Notes: generated by a model from the letters alone, not told the origin. 64,000 nt of DNA from Smithellaceae bacterium (GCA_963667845.2 CAXXVL010000002.1:3296001-3360000), one strand, 5' to 3'; positions 37,360 to 48,759 are shown, counted from the stretch's first letter. Program-made: numbers and translations.

Positions 37360-40044
37360 CTAAAGAAACTTGAAGAGCCGGCGGCGAAGAACTTCCAGTT
37401 GCGCGCGGTTGTCCGTCAGGGTGTATGTAAGTTCCCGCTTCCCGCCTTTTTCTTCTCCGGTCTGTGAAATAATCAGCTCCGCATCTTCCATAAATTTGAT
37501 GGCATTGAGATAGTTGGCCTGGGACAAAGCTTCGGCGCGCAGGATTTCCCCCGTGCGGAACATCCTGTCGCCCAGCGGACGAATTTTGGTCAGCCATTCC
37601 CGTTGCGTGAGCGGCTTCTTCTTAAGATACACCAGGCTGCGAATAACGATCCAGCACGACTCCAGGTAGTTGTGAATGAGTCCCGCAAACGGCCTGAGTT
37701 TGGCGCCACCCCGGCTTTTGATCTCCACCCATACATCCCCGTCGCGCTCCGCCGTCACAATCATGGATCGGTTATGAAGATAGGCGAGAACATCGTTGAC
37801 TTCCTCCACGTCGTCCCGCGTCTCGTCAAAGATGAACTCATTCCATAAAAGCCATTTCAGAAATTTGTAATCCCCCATGATCTTCGCTAATGACATGGTG
37901 TCTTCATGATGATTGACCATCGATGTTGCCACAAAGCAGATCGGAATGAAAAAATGCAGTATGTTGTTTTTGTAATATTCCAGATTCAACCGCTTGGCGT
38001 CGGTCAGGGAATAAACGATTTCCTGCATCTCCTCTTCTTCTTCGTCGGCCTCAACTTTGGAGATAATATCCGTCGAATCGAAAATATTCAGTGCGTCGAT
38101 AATCGCCCGGTCGCGGTGTGCAAATGTGGCGGCAAATTTTACCTGCCGGGTAGATAGATATTCATAGAATTCGCTCAGGATGCCGTTCAGCTCGTCATGG
38201 GAAATGCCGCGACGGTCGTGGCTTAACAGACCCGAGGCCACCAGGGAAAAAGGCGTGACCACAGAAACCTTATTGATCTCCAGGACGACTTCATAACCGA
38301 TCTTCCGGTAAAGGCTTTGACGCTCGTCGAGCGTCATCCGGTCCATGGGTTTTTCCTGAGCATCAAGATAGTCCTTCATGATAATCGGTTCACCGATATT
38401 GATATAAACCCGTCCATAGCGTTTGCGCAGGATTTTGGTGGTTCTAATAATCTCGGCCGTATTTTCCTGGACCTTTGGCGCACCGGCCAGCTCGTTCAGG
38501 TAGGAGCGTTCCTCAATGACCCTGTCGTAACCGATATAAACGGGGACAGCCGCCAGGTTCTCGCAATACTTATCCTGATAGGCCTGAATAATCATCGACA
38601 GCAAGCCATATTTGGGCATGACCATTTTCCCGGTCCGGCTTCTGCCGCCTTCGATAAAGAATTCAAGCGGAAGTCCCTCGTGAAGAAGCGTCGCCATATA
38701 CTTGGCAAAGACTTCTCCGTAAATTTCATTGCCTCGAAAACTGCGCCTGAGAAAGAAGGCACCGGATCGGCGAAAAATATATCCCAACGGGAAAAAAGAC
38801 AGATTGTTGCCCGCAGCGATAAACGGCAATTGAATATTATTTTTATAAAAGATGTAGGAAAGCAGCAAATAATCAATATGACTGCGATGACAGGAGATGA
38901 TGACGAAAGGCATTTTTTTGGACAAATTACGAATCTTGGCCAGCCCCTCCGAATCAACGGACAGGCCGTCATAAACCGTATTCCAAAGCCACGTCAGAGC
39001 CTTCAGCCATATTTCAATAAATGTCTCCTGGTAATCCGCTGCAATTTCGAAAAGGTAACGGCGGGCCTCTTTTGCAACGCTTAGCCTGTCCCTTTTTGTT
39101 TTCTGGGCAAACTCGTCCATGAAACGGTTGAGGTTCGGATCATGCATCACCATGCCGATGAGCTCGTCGCGCGATTTTAACGCAGGTCCGACGACTGCCG
39201 TCTTCTCTTCTTCAATGCGATCAATTAGCTCGCCACGCAATTCATGAATCAATTCGTCTTTGGTGAGATTCTTTGTTGTCGATAAGTATTCCGTGAGATT
39301 AATCGGCTCCGCCGGAATCACAAAAGCCTGTTTTGAATAACGGATAAACGTAACCAAACGCCTCAGTGTGCCGGTATGCTCCATCTGCCCGAAAAGGATA
39401 TTGAAGAGGCTTTCGTCTTCTTTCTCCCTGCGCCGTCCGTATGCAACCAGAACCGGCACAATGAAGATAGGAAAGGAGACTTCGCTCTGCAGGCTGATCA
39501 GACTGGCGATTGCATCCTGGGCGGACCGGCTTTCAATAAACTCAGATTCTCCAAGGTGAATAATAATGCTTTCCTGATCGGCAACTTTTCTTTTCAGAAA
39601 ATCCAGTTTGCCCTGCCTTGTGACTTGGTCTCTGCGGAAGCGGCGCAAAAAGGATGACCAGTAGAACTTAAGCATTTTGGACAGAGGCTGCCAAAAAGAC
39701 ATATTCACGCCATGACTATATACCGGCATGGGCAGACCTTTACGGCCGGCTATTTCGGAGATGATCAGACTGTTGAGCTTGCTTCTCTGTTTAATGGCAT
39801 AGATAATAACGCCTTCCCGGGCAAGCTTCTGGAGAGCACTGACCTCCTCTTCAGCGATGGATACCCGAGAAAGATAAGCCTTCGCCGGCCGAAAACGCCA
39901 GAAATCCTGCCGTGCGTAAATACAGCCTGAATAATATTCATCTTCGTGCTGCCGGTTGTCGGGTGGCGTTCTTTTATATGCCCCAAAACTTTCGCGCAAG
40001 CTATCTTCATGCTGATGGGCATCTGTAGGTGTTTTTTTACTCAT
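37360..40044 (-). CDS. plsB: glycerol-3-phosphate acyltransferase
   Basis: CHRSHIDY, GAFFLRRSF, FFIEGGRSRTG. Confidence 0.9.
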   Translation of the reverse strand: MSKKTPTDAHQHEDSLRESFGAYKRTPPDNRQHEDEYYSGCIYARQDFWRFRPAKAYLSRVSIAEEEVSALQKLAREGVIIYAIKQRSKLNSLIISEIAGRKGLPMPVYSHGVNMSFWQPLSKMLKFYWSSFLRRFRRDQVTRQGKLDFLKRKVADQESIIIHLGESEFIESRSAQDAIASLISLQSEVSFPIFIVPVLVAYGRRREKEDESLFNILFGQMEHTGTLRRLVTFIRYSKQAFVIPAEPINLTEYLSTTKNLTKDELIHELRGELIDRIEEEKTAVVGPALKSRDELIGMVMHDPNLNRFMDEFAQKTKRDRLSVAKEARRYLFEIAADYQETFIEIWLKALTWLWNTVYDGLSVDSEGLAKIRNLSKKMPFVIISCHRSHIDYLLLSYIFYKNNIQLPFIAAGNNLSFFPLGYIFRRSGAFFLRRSFRGNEIYGEVFAKYMATLLHEGLPLEFFIEGGRSRTGKMVMPKYGLLSMIIQAYQDKYCENLAAVPVYIGYDRVIEERSYLNELAGAPKVQENTAEIIRTTKILRKRYGRVYINIGEPIIMKDYLDAQEKPMDRMTLDERQSLYRKIGYEVVLEINKVSVVTPFSLVASGLLSHDRRGISHDELNGILSEFYEYLSTRQVKFAATFAHRDRAIIDALNIFDSTDIISKVEADEEEEEMQEIVYSLTDAKRLNLEYYKNNILHFFIPICFVATSMVNHHEDTMSLAKIMGDYKFLKWLLWNEFIFDETRDDVEEVNDVLAYLHNRSMIVTAERDGDVWVEIKSRGGAKLRPFAGLIHNYLESCWIVIRSLVYLKKKPLTQREWLTKIRPLGDRMFRTGEILRAEALSQANYLNAIKFMEDAELIISQTGEEKGGKRELTYTLTDNRAQLEVLRRRLFKFL

Positions 40045-40092
40045 AAATAATCCGATTTCTTCCGTTAAGGGGATTCGTGATAAGAGTTGGAA

Positions 40093-41877
40093 TTATGGTT
40101 CCTTCTTCTGAAATTCATCCGGAAATCGGCCATTCATATAATCCTGGACGAAAGCCCGTACGTCTATGGCATTATTAAAAGACATCGCCTGTTTCAGAAG
40201 TTCCCTGGATTCCGAAAGTGTGGATTGCTGCACAATACGCTTAATGCGGGGAATTGCCAGATGATTCATACTCAGTTCATCCAGTCGCATCCCTAGGAGG
40301 ATCAGACAGCAAAGAGGATCTCCGGCCATTTCACCGCACATGGCCACGCGAATTTTTGCTTCATGCGCTTCGTCAACTACCTTTTTGATCAATCTCAAAA
40401 CAGCCGGGTGCAGAGGTTCATAAAGATAGGTGACTCTTTCATTGGAACGATCAATAGCGAGCGAGTACTGAATTAAATCGTTGGTGCCGATACTGAAATA
40501 GTCAACTTCCTGCGCCAGCTTATCGGCAATGACGGCGGCCGCAGGGACTTCGATCATCGCTCCGATTTCCATCCGGTCGGCGATCGGCACACCTTCCGCC
40601 AAAAGTTCCTGACGGGTTTCTTCGAGCAGTCGTTTGGCCTCACGAATTTCCTCGATGCCTGATATCATCGGAAAAAGAATCTTAACGGTGCCCAGGGCAC
40701 TCGTGCGCCAGATGGCTCTCAACTGCGTTTTGAATATTTCGTTTTCTTTGAGGCAAAACCGGATGGCCCGAAGACCCATTTGCGGGTTTAACTCTTTTAC
40801 CTGTTTTTGATATTTTGTAAATTTGTCACCGCCTAAATCAAATGTGCGAATGGTTGCCCACTGTAAATTCTTCTCCGCTACGACCTGACGGTAATTATTG
40901 AAGTGGTCTTCCTCCGTCGGCAATTCATCCCGATAGATGTATAGGAATTCCGTCCTGTAGAGTCCGATGTGTTCTGCTCCATGTATGATCGCCGAAGGGA
41001 TCTCTTCAATAAACTCGATATTGGAACCAATGTGAACATGGTAATGATCCAGCGTCGTCGCCGGCAGTTTTGCATATTTGAGATACTCGTCTTTGGCATC
41101 ATCATAGTGACGCTTTTTTTCCTCATAGCGCTTCATCATGTCGGGATAAGGATTGACCACCACGAGGCCCGATGTGCCGTCCACAATGATTTCATCACCG
41201 GTTCGGACAAAACGCGTCACATTATCCAACCCGACAACAGCCGGCAACTCCATGGAACGGGCTACGATGGCGGTATGGGAGGTGCGCCCGCCGCTGTCCG
41301 TCGCAAAACCGACAATTTTATCGAGTTTCATCTGGGCCGTATCAGCCGGGGACAGATCGTGCGCTACAATAACCACTCCTCCGCGGCCCACTTCCCAGAC
41401 AATTTCATGTTTTTCCCCGCTCAGATTACGCAGGATTCGCTGAACAACATACTGCACATCGCTGATGCGGCCGCTGATATAAATATCATCCAAGCCCTCA
41501 AAGACCTGCTTGTAGTGATCCAGCGTCATGCGCACGGCCCATTCGGCGTTGACGCCCAATCGACGGATATACTTGATTGTGCGGTTGATAAACTTCTTAT
41601 CCGACAAGAGCAAAATATGGACGTCAATAATATAAAGAGGTTCGGTTACTTTTGTCTTCTTGAGGTTTTCCTGAATATCCAGAAGCTGTTGGGATGAGTC
41701 TTTCAGCGCCTTCTTGAACCGCTCGATTTCATGAGGAATCAATTCGTCGTTATTAAGTTTGTAAAAAGAGATCTGGGCATCCAGCGGATCAAAACGGTAG
41801 ACTTTCCCGATAACAATGCCGGGAGAAACACCGATTCCCTTAAGAACAAAGGTTTTTTTTCCTTGATCAGCCGTCAT
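40093..41877 (-). CDS. ptsI: PTS enzyme I
   Basis: GGRTSHTAI, GLYRTEF, RTFDLGGDK, SIGTNDLIQY, MCGEMAG. Confidence 0.96.
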   Translation of the reverse strand: MTADQGKKTFVLKGIGVSPGIVIGKVYRFDPLDAQISFYKLNNDELIPHEIERFKKALKDSSQQLLDIQENLKKTKVTEPLYIIDVHILLLSDKKFINRTIKYIRRLGVNAEWAVRMTLDHYKQVFEGLDDIYISGRISDVQYVVQRILRNLSGEKHEIVWEVGRGGVVIVAHDLSPADTAQMKLDKIVGFATDSGGRTSHTAIVARSMELPAVVGLDNVTRFVRTGDEIIVDGTSGLVVVNPYPDMMKRYEEKKRHYDDAKDEYLKYAKLPATTLDHYHVHIGSNIEFIEEIPSAIIHGAEHIGLYRTEFLYIYRDELPTEEDHFNNYRQVVAEKNLQWATIRTFDLGGDKFTKYQKQVKELNPQMGLRAIRFCLKENEIFKTQLRAIWRTSALGTVKILFPMISGIEEIREAKRLLEETRQELLAEGVPIADRMEIGAMIEVPAAAVIADKLAQEVDYFSIGTNDLIQYSLAIDRSNERVTYLYEPLHPAVLRLIKKVVDEAHEAKIRVAMCGEMAGDPLCCLILLGMRLDELSMNHLAIPRIKRIVQQSTLSESRELLKQAMSFNNAIDVRAFVQDYMNGRFPDEFQKKEP

Positions 41878-41885
41878 GGGATGAT

Positions 41886-42155
41886 TTAGTCTTCTCCAAA
41901 TTTATTTTCAATCAATGCTTCGATCTCATCGAGCGCTTGCGCCGCATCAACGCCTTCTGCCCTTACTGTTATCATACCGCCCATCGGGCAGGCAAGCGTC
42001 AAAATTCCTAAAATACTCTTTCCATTAACGGTTTGACCGTTACGTTCAATAAATATATTCGCACGATACTTCTGCGCAATGCGGACAAAAGATGCAGCCG
42101 CACGCGCATGCATTCCCAGTTTATTTTTTAATTTAAAAGTTTTCATTTCCAACAC
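41886..42155 (-). CDS. ptsH: phosphocarrier HPr
   Basis: GMHARAA and GKSILGIL motifs. Confidence 0.93.
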   Translation of the reverse strand: MLEMKTFKLKNKLGMHARAAASFVRIAQKYRANIFIERNGQTVNGKSILGILTLACPMGGMITVRAEGVDAAQALDEIEALIENKFGED

Positions 42156-42904
42156 GTCAAGAAATCTCTCACGGAAAATATTAGAAACAGAGCTACCGTT
42201 CCATATAGAATATAAATTTGCGATATGCCTTTCTTAATCATGAACCAGCAAGCCAGAACAATAACCAGCCCCGCCGATACCACAAGAAGCCTTGGTATTT
42301 CCGTCCCTGCAGAATACCCGTCCCTTAAAAGCAATGCCCCAAAGCCTGACAGCACGGCCAGAGACAGCCATCGGACGCGGACGGCCGCGCGCGGTAAATC
42401 AATTCTGCGGATGAATTCAATTCCCTGTTTTCCCCGCTTGTATCCTTCGATGAAACCCTTCACTCTGACCCAGACATGCGCCGGCGCAAAGACTGCAACA
42501 AATGCCAATGGCGCCAGGATCAAGCCTATCCAGGCCAGGCCGGCCGAAATAATGCCGGCACAGGGTCTCAGCGCACCCCAGAAAAATGTATCACCGATCG
42601 CCGCATAAGGCCCCATCAGACTTTGTTTGACCACTATGATGGGAGAGGCATCGCCTTCGTCCGGCCGCTCTTCTTCCATACGGACGATTGAGCCGATGAG
42701 CGGTGTCGATAAATAAGGGTGCGTGTTAAACATTTGCAAATGTCTGGTAAGGAATGCTTCTTCATCCTTTCCGGACAATTTTCGTTCACGCAGAAGAGGA
42801 ATTATCGCATACGCAAAACCAAGGTTTTGCATCCGTCTAAAGTTTAGGGCGGCGTGAATGAAAAGAGATCTCCAGAATATTTTAATTAAAGATCCTCTTC
42901 TCAT
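42143..42904 (-). CDS. PTS mannose/fructose/sorbose family IID component
   Basis: NFRRMQNLGF, RHLQMFNTHP, LMGPYAAIGDTFFW. Confidence 0.9.
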   Translation of the reverse strand: MRRGSLIKIFWRSLFIHAALNFRRMQNLGFAYAIIPLLRERKLSGKDEEAFLTRHLQMFNTHPYLSTPLIGSIVRMEEERPDEGDASPIIVVKQSLMGPYAAIGDTFFWGALRPCAGIISAGLAWIGLILAPLAFVAVFAPAHVWVRVKGFIEGYKRGKQGIEFIRRIDLPRAAVRVRWLSLAVLSGFGALLLRDGYSAGTEIPRLLVVSAGLVIVLACWFMIKKGISQIYILYGTVALFLIFSVRDFLTCWK

Positions 42905-43140
42905 TTTACGGCCTCGGATGCATCTATCTCGATTATATTCCCTTTTTATGTGCCGAAGGAACTAACACAAATGGCTATCTAAGTCAATTTAATCAGAGAA
43001 ACATATTCATCAGATAACAGCCGCAAAACACTGCCTGTGACTGACGAATGTTATTTCTCACGTTGTTTTGTTTATTATCATATAGTATAAGCGTCAATCT
43101 TTTCCAATCACTGTTAATTTAAATCAGGGAGATATATCTC

Positions 43141-43632
43141 ATGAGAGAATGCTGCAAATCATCTTTTTTGAGTCTGCTGAGTCTTATACTTATCATCTGT
43201 GTCGCCGGATGCGCGAACGTACGCGACTTTGGCAAGTTTCTCCCCGACGATCAGGCCGCAATTGCATTCGAAACGTACCAGATCAACCCCGACTATCGAT
43301 ATTATACCACTGGTTCCAGCACTTTTCCGGTGGCCGTCATGGCCTTGGACAAATCTTACAAGATGGGGAATGACCTATGAGAAGAAGTGCAGTTGACCCC
43401 GGCCAGCATGAAGGAACTCGTTACGTTCATGCAGCAAAGACTCATGGCATGCTGCGGTCAGACGTGGTCCGGTTTTCTGATTATTGACCCCATGGGCAAA
43501 CAGATTGGCATTCTTTACGCCTATATCGGCGTGGGCATCGCATTCAGGGTGGAAGAAGATAACGTAGTTAAACCGTATGGCCCACGCGACGATGATCAGC
43601 TTAAGAAGTATCAGGACCGTCAGAAAAGATAA
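43141..43632 (+). pseudogene. lipoprotein interrupted by in-frame TGA (43378-43380)
   Basis: Lipobox VAGC; ORFs 43141-43380 and 43387-43632 are one frame separated only by TGA. Confidence 0.7.
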
Positions 43633-43804
43633 ATCTAATTACAATCCCGTCAGCAGAGCTTATTTTTTCTTGACAGGCGTTTTTTTTGCTGTTAAGGACA
43701 CGCCGGTTAAAATATCAGAGACGAAATGTGGATACTTCTTTTGATTCATTGTCCTTTTCCGCGACGTCACAATTTCGAGTAATTATCTATAAGGGGGTTG
43801 TAAA

Positions 43805-44086
43805 ATGATTTGTGAAACTGTTAAAAAAGGTGTGGACTGCGCTTTTATGAGCAAGAAAGGCTGCGGCTTTTTCGGCGGCAGCTGTGTAGTAATAGTCGAT
43901 AAATGCGGAGACTGTAATAAGATTTTTGAATATGAAACCGGAAAATATTGCAAGGTTTATCCGGATCCGAAAAGCAAATGGATGACCGGCAACTGCCCGA
44001 CCGCTTCACATATTAAAATTGAGATTAAAGAAGCTCAGAAGATTAACCCGCTCAAAGCCTCCAAAAGAGCAAGTAAGAAAAAATAG
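43805..44086 (+). CDS. PxxKW family cysteine-rich protein
   Basis: CETVKKGVDCAFM...YCKVYPDPKSKWMTGNCPTASH...KINPLKASKR. Confidence 0.85.
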   Translation: MICETVKKGVDCAFMSKKGCGFFGGSCVVIVDKCGDCNKIFEYETGKYCKVYPDPKSKWMTGNCPTASHIKIEIKEAQKINPLKASKRASKKK

Positions 44087-44143
44087 CAATATTTTTTATG
44101 CGCAGCAGTCGCTAAAAAGCCGGCAACCAAAATTGCCGGATTT

Positions 44144-44482
44144 TTAGCTCATCATTTTGCTGATTTGCTCCAATTCTTTCTTAATATATACTAATTTTTC
44201 ATGATCGCCGTCTTTAGGTGCCGATTCATCTTTACCGCGCATTTTCATGAGTTGTTTTTTTGCGCCGCTGATGGTGAAGCGCTGCTGATAGAGCAAATTG
44301 CGGATTGTTAATAATTCCTCAACGTCCTTTTTCCGGTATAGACGCTGTGCCGTTTTCGTCCGCACAGGCTTGATCGTCTTAAATTCAGTCTCCCAGTAAC
44401 GGATCACGTAAGGTTCAACACTGAGGATTTTGCTCACTTCTCCAATACGGAAAAAAGCCTTTTCGGGAATTATGCTATCCAT
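44144..44482 (-). CDS. MerR family regulator
   Basis: FRIGEVS...VIRYWETEF...QRLY; downstream of ihfA as is usual. Confidence 0.92.
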   Translation of the reverse strand: MDSIIPEKAFFRIGEVSKILSVEPYVIRYWETEFKTIKPVRTKTAQRLYRKKDVEELLTIRNLLYQQRFTISGAKKQLMKMRGKDESAPKDGDHEKLVYIKKELEQISKMMS

Positions 44483-44606
44483 ACAATTCCTGAATCATAA
44501 CGGAGAAAGATATTTGCAGAAACGAAACAAAATAAAAACCTTCCAATCGCAACCGGATTGGAAAGCTTTTAAAACGTTCAGGCAACGATGTGGTTAATAC
44601 AAGCAA

Positions 44607-44882
44607 CTAACCGTTAAGAGATTTGCGCAGTACCTGGGAGGACTTAAACGTTAAGACCCGGCGTGCGGTGATGGATATTTCCTGTCCGGTTTGCGGATTA
44701 CGGCCACGCCTGGCACGTTTTTCTTTTACCATAAAATTCCCGAAACCGGAAATTTTCACTCTTTCACCTTGGGCAAGGCTGTCTTTGATGATGTCAAACA
44801 CGGATTCAACGATATCCGCTGATTCTTTTTTGGAAAAACCGAGTTTTTCATAAACATTTTGAATAATATCAATCTTCGTCAT
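44607..44882 (-). CDS. ihfA: integration host factor alpha
   Basis: VKISGFGNF...GRNPQTG...RRVLTFKSSQ; follows pheT. Confidence 0.95.
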   Translation of the reverse strand: MTKIDIIQNVYEKLGFSKKESADIVESVFDIIKDSLAQGERVKISGFGNFMVKEKRARRGRNPQTGQEISITARRVLTFKSSQVLRKSLNG

Positions 44883-44915
44883 TTCTCTTCCTCCGTTTTA
44901 ACGTCAAATAAACTG

Positions 44916-47324
44916 TTAGGCTCTTATCTTTGCACCCGTCAGTCGCACCGTGTTGTGCATGATTTTATCATGAATCGAATTGATTTCCGCATCCGTTAAA
45001 GTTCTGTCAAGAGCGCGATAGGAAAAACGCAATCCTAAACTTTTTGTCCCGATGTCCAGACCTTTGCCAGCGTATATATCAAAAATCACCACATTTTCAA
45101 GCAAATCTTCATGCTGACTTAAAACAATTTCTAGCATCTTTTGGGCTTCCAAAGAGGCGGGAATCACAAAAGCGACATCGCGTGTAACGGCTGGAAACTT
45201 GGATATCTCCTTGTAGCTGATCTGGCTTCTGATCTGCTTATTAAGCAAATCAATATTTATTTCAAAGAGATAAGCAGTTCCTTTAATATCCATTTTCTGC
45301 ATCACATCCGGATGTACCTGCCCGAGATAACCTATCTTTGTCCCCTCGATAGCGAGGCCGCATGACTGACCCGGATGCAAAAATGATTCCGATATTTCAG
45401 CACGATACTGAACTTGTTCCAACTTTAGATCGTAAAATAAATTTTCCAGGCAGCCTTTCAGATCGTAAAAATCAACGTTTGCCTTGTTAACCCACAAATC
45501 TTCGGACAATTTTCCGGCTAAAAGACCGGACAGAATATTATTTTCCTCCGGTAATTCCCGGTTTTGAAATTTCAAAAACGTCCGCCCCATTTCGAATACT
45601 TTCAAATTGAAAGAAGCGTTATTGATATTCTTCTTCAAGGTCTCCAGCATCCCGAATGCCATAACTGTACGCATAACGGATTGTTCTTCCGTCAAAGGAT
45701 TCTTGATCATCACAAAGTTGCGTCTCACATCATCTTGTGACAAGCCAAGATAATCGACCGAGGCCGGCGATGAAAAACTGTAGTTTATGATCTCTGAAAA
45801 ACCGCTTCCGACCATCAATTCACGAATTCTTTCCTCAAGACGAAGACGGGGAATAACGGCCATCTCCGTAACCGCTACAGCAGGCAGCGTGATCGGCACC
45901 CGATCGTAGCCATAGAGCCGAACAATCTCTTCAATCAGATCAATTTCTCTTTCGATGTCGACACGAAAGGTCGGCGGGGTGACAAGGTATTTACCCTTCC
46001 CGTCTGCCCGAACCTTCATGTCGAGACTTCTGAGAATTTGGATGACGTCTTTCGCGGGAATAGCCGTACCGATCATTTCGCCGATTCTGCCCAAGCGCAG
46101 CGGAATGTTTTCAACCGGCGTTATTTTTTGAGGATATTCGTCAAGATAATTTTTACAGATAGACCCGCCCGAAAGTTCAGCAATCAATTGCGCCGCGCGA
46201 TTCAATGCGCGGACCACCCCTTCCGGATCAATGCCCCGTTCAAAACGGAATGCAGCGTCCGTCGGCATAGCCAGACGGCGCGAGGAGCGGCGGATGGACG
46301 ACGGAGTGAAATAAGCGCTCTCCAGGAAAACGACGTGAGTATCCTCTTTGACTTCCGAATTCAGCCCTCCCATGATCCCGGCGATGGCAACAGGCTTTTT
46401 CCCATCGCAGATCAACAGAGTGTTTTCGGGAAGCGCGTGGCTTTTTTCGTCGAGGGAAACGAATTCTTCGCCCGCTTTTGATTTGCGAACGACAATCCGC
46501 CCTTCTTCGAGAAAGCGAAAATCGAAGGCATGCAGCGGCTGCCCCATCTCCAGCATAACAAAATTTGTCACATCCACAACGTTATTGATTGCCCGCAGAC
46601 CTGCAGCTTCGAGCCGCATCTTCATCCAGACCGGAGATTCACCAATTTTTACATTCTTGATCATCCTGGCTGAGTAACGAGGGCAGAGGTCTGCATCAAT
46701 AATCGTGACTGAAGAAAAGGTGGAAATGTCTTCACTCGATTCCCTGATTTTGATTTTCGGCATTCGTATATTTTTTCCGGTCAGGGCGGCTATTTCCCGC
46801 GCCATGCCGATCATGCTCAGACAATCGGAACGATTCGGTGTGATGCTGACGTCCAAAACCGTATCGCCCAGGTTCAGCGCGGTCTCCAGGGCCACACCCA
46901 GCGCCGCGTCGGACGGCAATTGCATGATACCTGACGCATCATCGCCGATCTCCAGTTCCGCCTCCGAACACAACATGCCGTCGGATCGTTCACCGCGCAA
47001 TACCGTTGATTTGATCGTGTAGCCTCCCGGAATAACGGCCCCGATTTTAGCAAGCGGAACTACGTCACCCGCTTTAATATTCTTTGCACCGCAGACAATT
47101 GGATACGTGTCGGAGCCATCCGAGACATCGCACAAAGACAATTTATCGGCTCCCGGATGCGGGCTGACCGACATGATCCTGGCGACCACAACGCCTGAAA
47201 ATTTATGCGCAATCGTCTTGATTTCGTCTACTTCCAGACCGGCCATGGTTAGCCGGTTCGCAAGTTCCTGCGCAGTTATGTCCAGATCAATATAATCTTT
47301 TAGCCATTTGAGACTGACGAGCAT
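44916..47324 (-). CDS. pheT: phenylalanine-tRNA ligase beta subunit
   Basis: TPNRSDCLS, GQPLHAFD, FRFERG, DLIEEI, SKFPAVTRD. Confidence 0.97.
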   Translation of the reverse strand: MLVSLKWLKDYIDLDITAQELANRLTMAGLEVDEIKTIAHKFSGVVVARIMSVSPHPGADKLSLCDVSDGSDTYPIVCGAKNIKAGDVVPLAKIGAVIPGGYTIKSTVLRGERSDGMLCSEAELEIGDDASGIMQLPSDAALGVALETALNLGDTVLDVSITPNRSDCLSMIGMAREIAALTGKNIRMPKIKIRESSEDISTFSSVTIIDADLCPRYSARMIKNVKIGESPVWMKMRLEAAGLRAINNVVDVTNFVMLEMGQPLHAFDFRFLEEGRIVVRKSKAGEEFVSLDEKSHALPENTLLICDGKKPVAIAGIMGGLNSEVKEDTHVVFLESAYFTPSSIRRSSRRLAMPTDAAFRFERGIDPEGVVRALNRAAQLIAELSGGSICKNYLDEYPQKITPVENIPLRLGRIGEMIGTAIPAKDVIQILRSLDMKVRADGKGKYLVTPPTFRVDIEREIDLIEEIVRLYGYDRVPITLPAVAVTEMAVIPRLRLEERIRELMVGSGFSEIINYSFSSPASVDYLGLSQDDVRRNFVMIKNPLTEEQSVMRTVMAFGMLETLKKNINNASFNLKVFEMGRTFLKFQNRELPEENNILSGLLAGKLSEDLWVNKANVDFYDLKGCLENLFYDLKLEQVQYRAEISESFLHPGQSCGLAIEGTKIGYLGQVHPDVMQKMDIKGTAYLFEINIDLLNKQIRSQISYKEISKFPAVTRDVAFVIPASLEAQKMLEIVLSQHEDLLENVVIFDIYAGKGLDIGTKSLGLRFSYRALDRTLTDAEINSIHDKIMHNTVRLTGAKIRA

Positions 47325-47338
47325 GAGATGAAGCTCTC

Positions 47339-48355
47339 CTAAAATTGTTTAAGGAATCGAATGTCGTTTTCGAATAAAAGGCGGATATCGGAAATGCCGT
47401 ACTTCAGCATGGCAATGCGTTCCAAGCCGAGGCCAAAAGCGAACCCGGTATAGAGATCGGCATCGTAACCTACATTGCGAAAAACGGCGGGATCGACCAT
47501 ACCGGATCCCAGAATTTCCAGCCAGCCGCTTTGCCCGCAGACGCGGCAGCCTTTGCCCTCGCACATGACGCAGTGAATATCGACTTCCGCAGAGGGTTCG
47601 GTAAAGGGAAAAAAGCTGGGACGGAAACGCAGGATCGTATTATCACCGAAGACTTTCTTGAGAAAGGCCGTTAGAATACCTTTCAGATCGGCAAAACTGA
47701 CGCCTCTGTCCACAAGTAAGCCTTCAATTTGATGAAACATGGGTGTGTGGGAAACATCGGAATCGGGCCGGTAAACCCTGCCCGGCGACAAAATACGAAC
47801 AGGAGGCTTCACTTGCTCCATAACTCTCACCTGGACCGGTGAAGTATGAGTGCGCAGAACCATGTTTTCTTCAATATAGAAGGTATCCTGCATGTCCCTC
47901 GCAGGATGGTCCTTTGGGATATTAAGCGCCTCGAAATTGTAATAATCCAGTTCGACTTCCGGGCCTTCAACTACCGAAAAGCCGAATGAGGCGAAAATCT
48001 CACAAATTTCACGGCGGACTTGAATTACGGGATGTATTCTGCCTGGACGGAAACCTCTACCCGGCAATGTGACATCAATTTTTTCTCTTGCGAGAACCTC
48101 TTCTTTTTTGTCCTGTTTTTGGTGCTCCAGAGCTTCTGTTATGCTTCTTTCCAGAAGTTCCTTCGCTTCATTGCAGCGCTTCCCGAACAACGGTTTCTCT
48201 TCGACCGGCACCTGAGCAATATTTCTTAAAAGGCCGGTGAGTAATCCTTTGCGGCCCAGGAATTTTGTTCTCACAGCCAGAATCGACTCTTCGTCTCCGG
48301 CTTTTTCCAGTTCGGCAAGAGCGTCCGTTTCGAGCTGTTGAATATCCGCAATCAT
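47339..48355 (-). CDS. pheS: phenylalanine-tRNA ligase alpha subunit
   Basis: [35 protein letters not shown]. Confidence 0.98.
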   Translation of the reverse strand: MIADIQQLETDALAELEKAGDEESILAVRTKFLGRKGLLTGLLRNIAQVPVEEKPLFGKRCNEAKELLERSITEALEHQKQDKKEEVLAREKIDVTLPGRGFRPGRIHPVIQVRREICEIFASFGFSVVEGPEVELDYYNFEALNIPKDHPARDMQDTFYIEENMVLRTHTSPVQVRVMEQVKPPVRILSPGRVYRPDSDVSHTPMFHQIEGLLVDRGVSFADLKGILTAFLKKVFGDNTILRFRPSFFPFTEPSAEVDIHCVMCEGKGCRVCGQSGWLEILGSGMVDPAVFRNVGYDADLYTGFAFGLGLERIAMLKYGISDIRLLFENDIRFLKQF

Positions 48356-48711
48356 GCCGCCTGCTCGCCTTTAGCTACGGCCACGACCTTAGCGAAACCC
48401 AGAGGATCATTGACGGCCAATTCCGCTAGAATCTTTCGATCCAGTGCGATGTCCGCTTTCTTCATGCCATTGATGAGGCGGCTGTAAGAAATATTGTTCA
48501 GACGGGCCGCGGCATTGATCCGAGCAATCCATAGCTGGCGGAATTCTCTTTTCCGGCCCCTACGGTCGCGGTATGCATAGCTCAGGGCCTTGTTGACGGC
48601 CTCGGTAGCGGTTCGAAGCAGTCGGCTGCGAGCGCCAAAGAAACCTTTAGCCATTTTTAAAATTTTTCTTCTTTTCTTGCGGGCGGTAACGCCTCTTTTA
48701 ATCCTAGCCAT
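48352..48711 (-). CDS. rplT: 50S ribosomal protein L20
   Basis: MARIKRG...[14 protein letters not shown]. Confidence 0.98.
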   Translation of the reverse strand: MARIKRGVTARKKRRKILKMAKGFFGARSRLLRTATEAVNKALSYAYRDRRGRKREFRQLWIARINAAARLNNISYSRLINGMKKADIALDRKILAELAVNDPLGFAKVVAVAKGEQAA

Positions 48712-48759
48712 TTTCTTTTACTCTCCTCAATTGATACAACTTCTTAAATGCTTTAACGA

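Noticed and set aside
43378..43420. Selenocysteine recoding of the TGA
   Set aside because: No convincing SECIS hairpin downstream and no redox motif context; not excluded without homolog alignment
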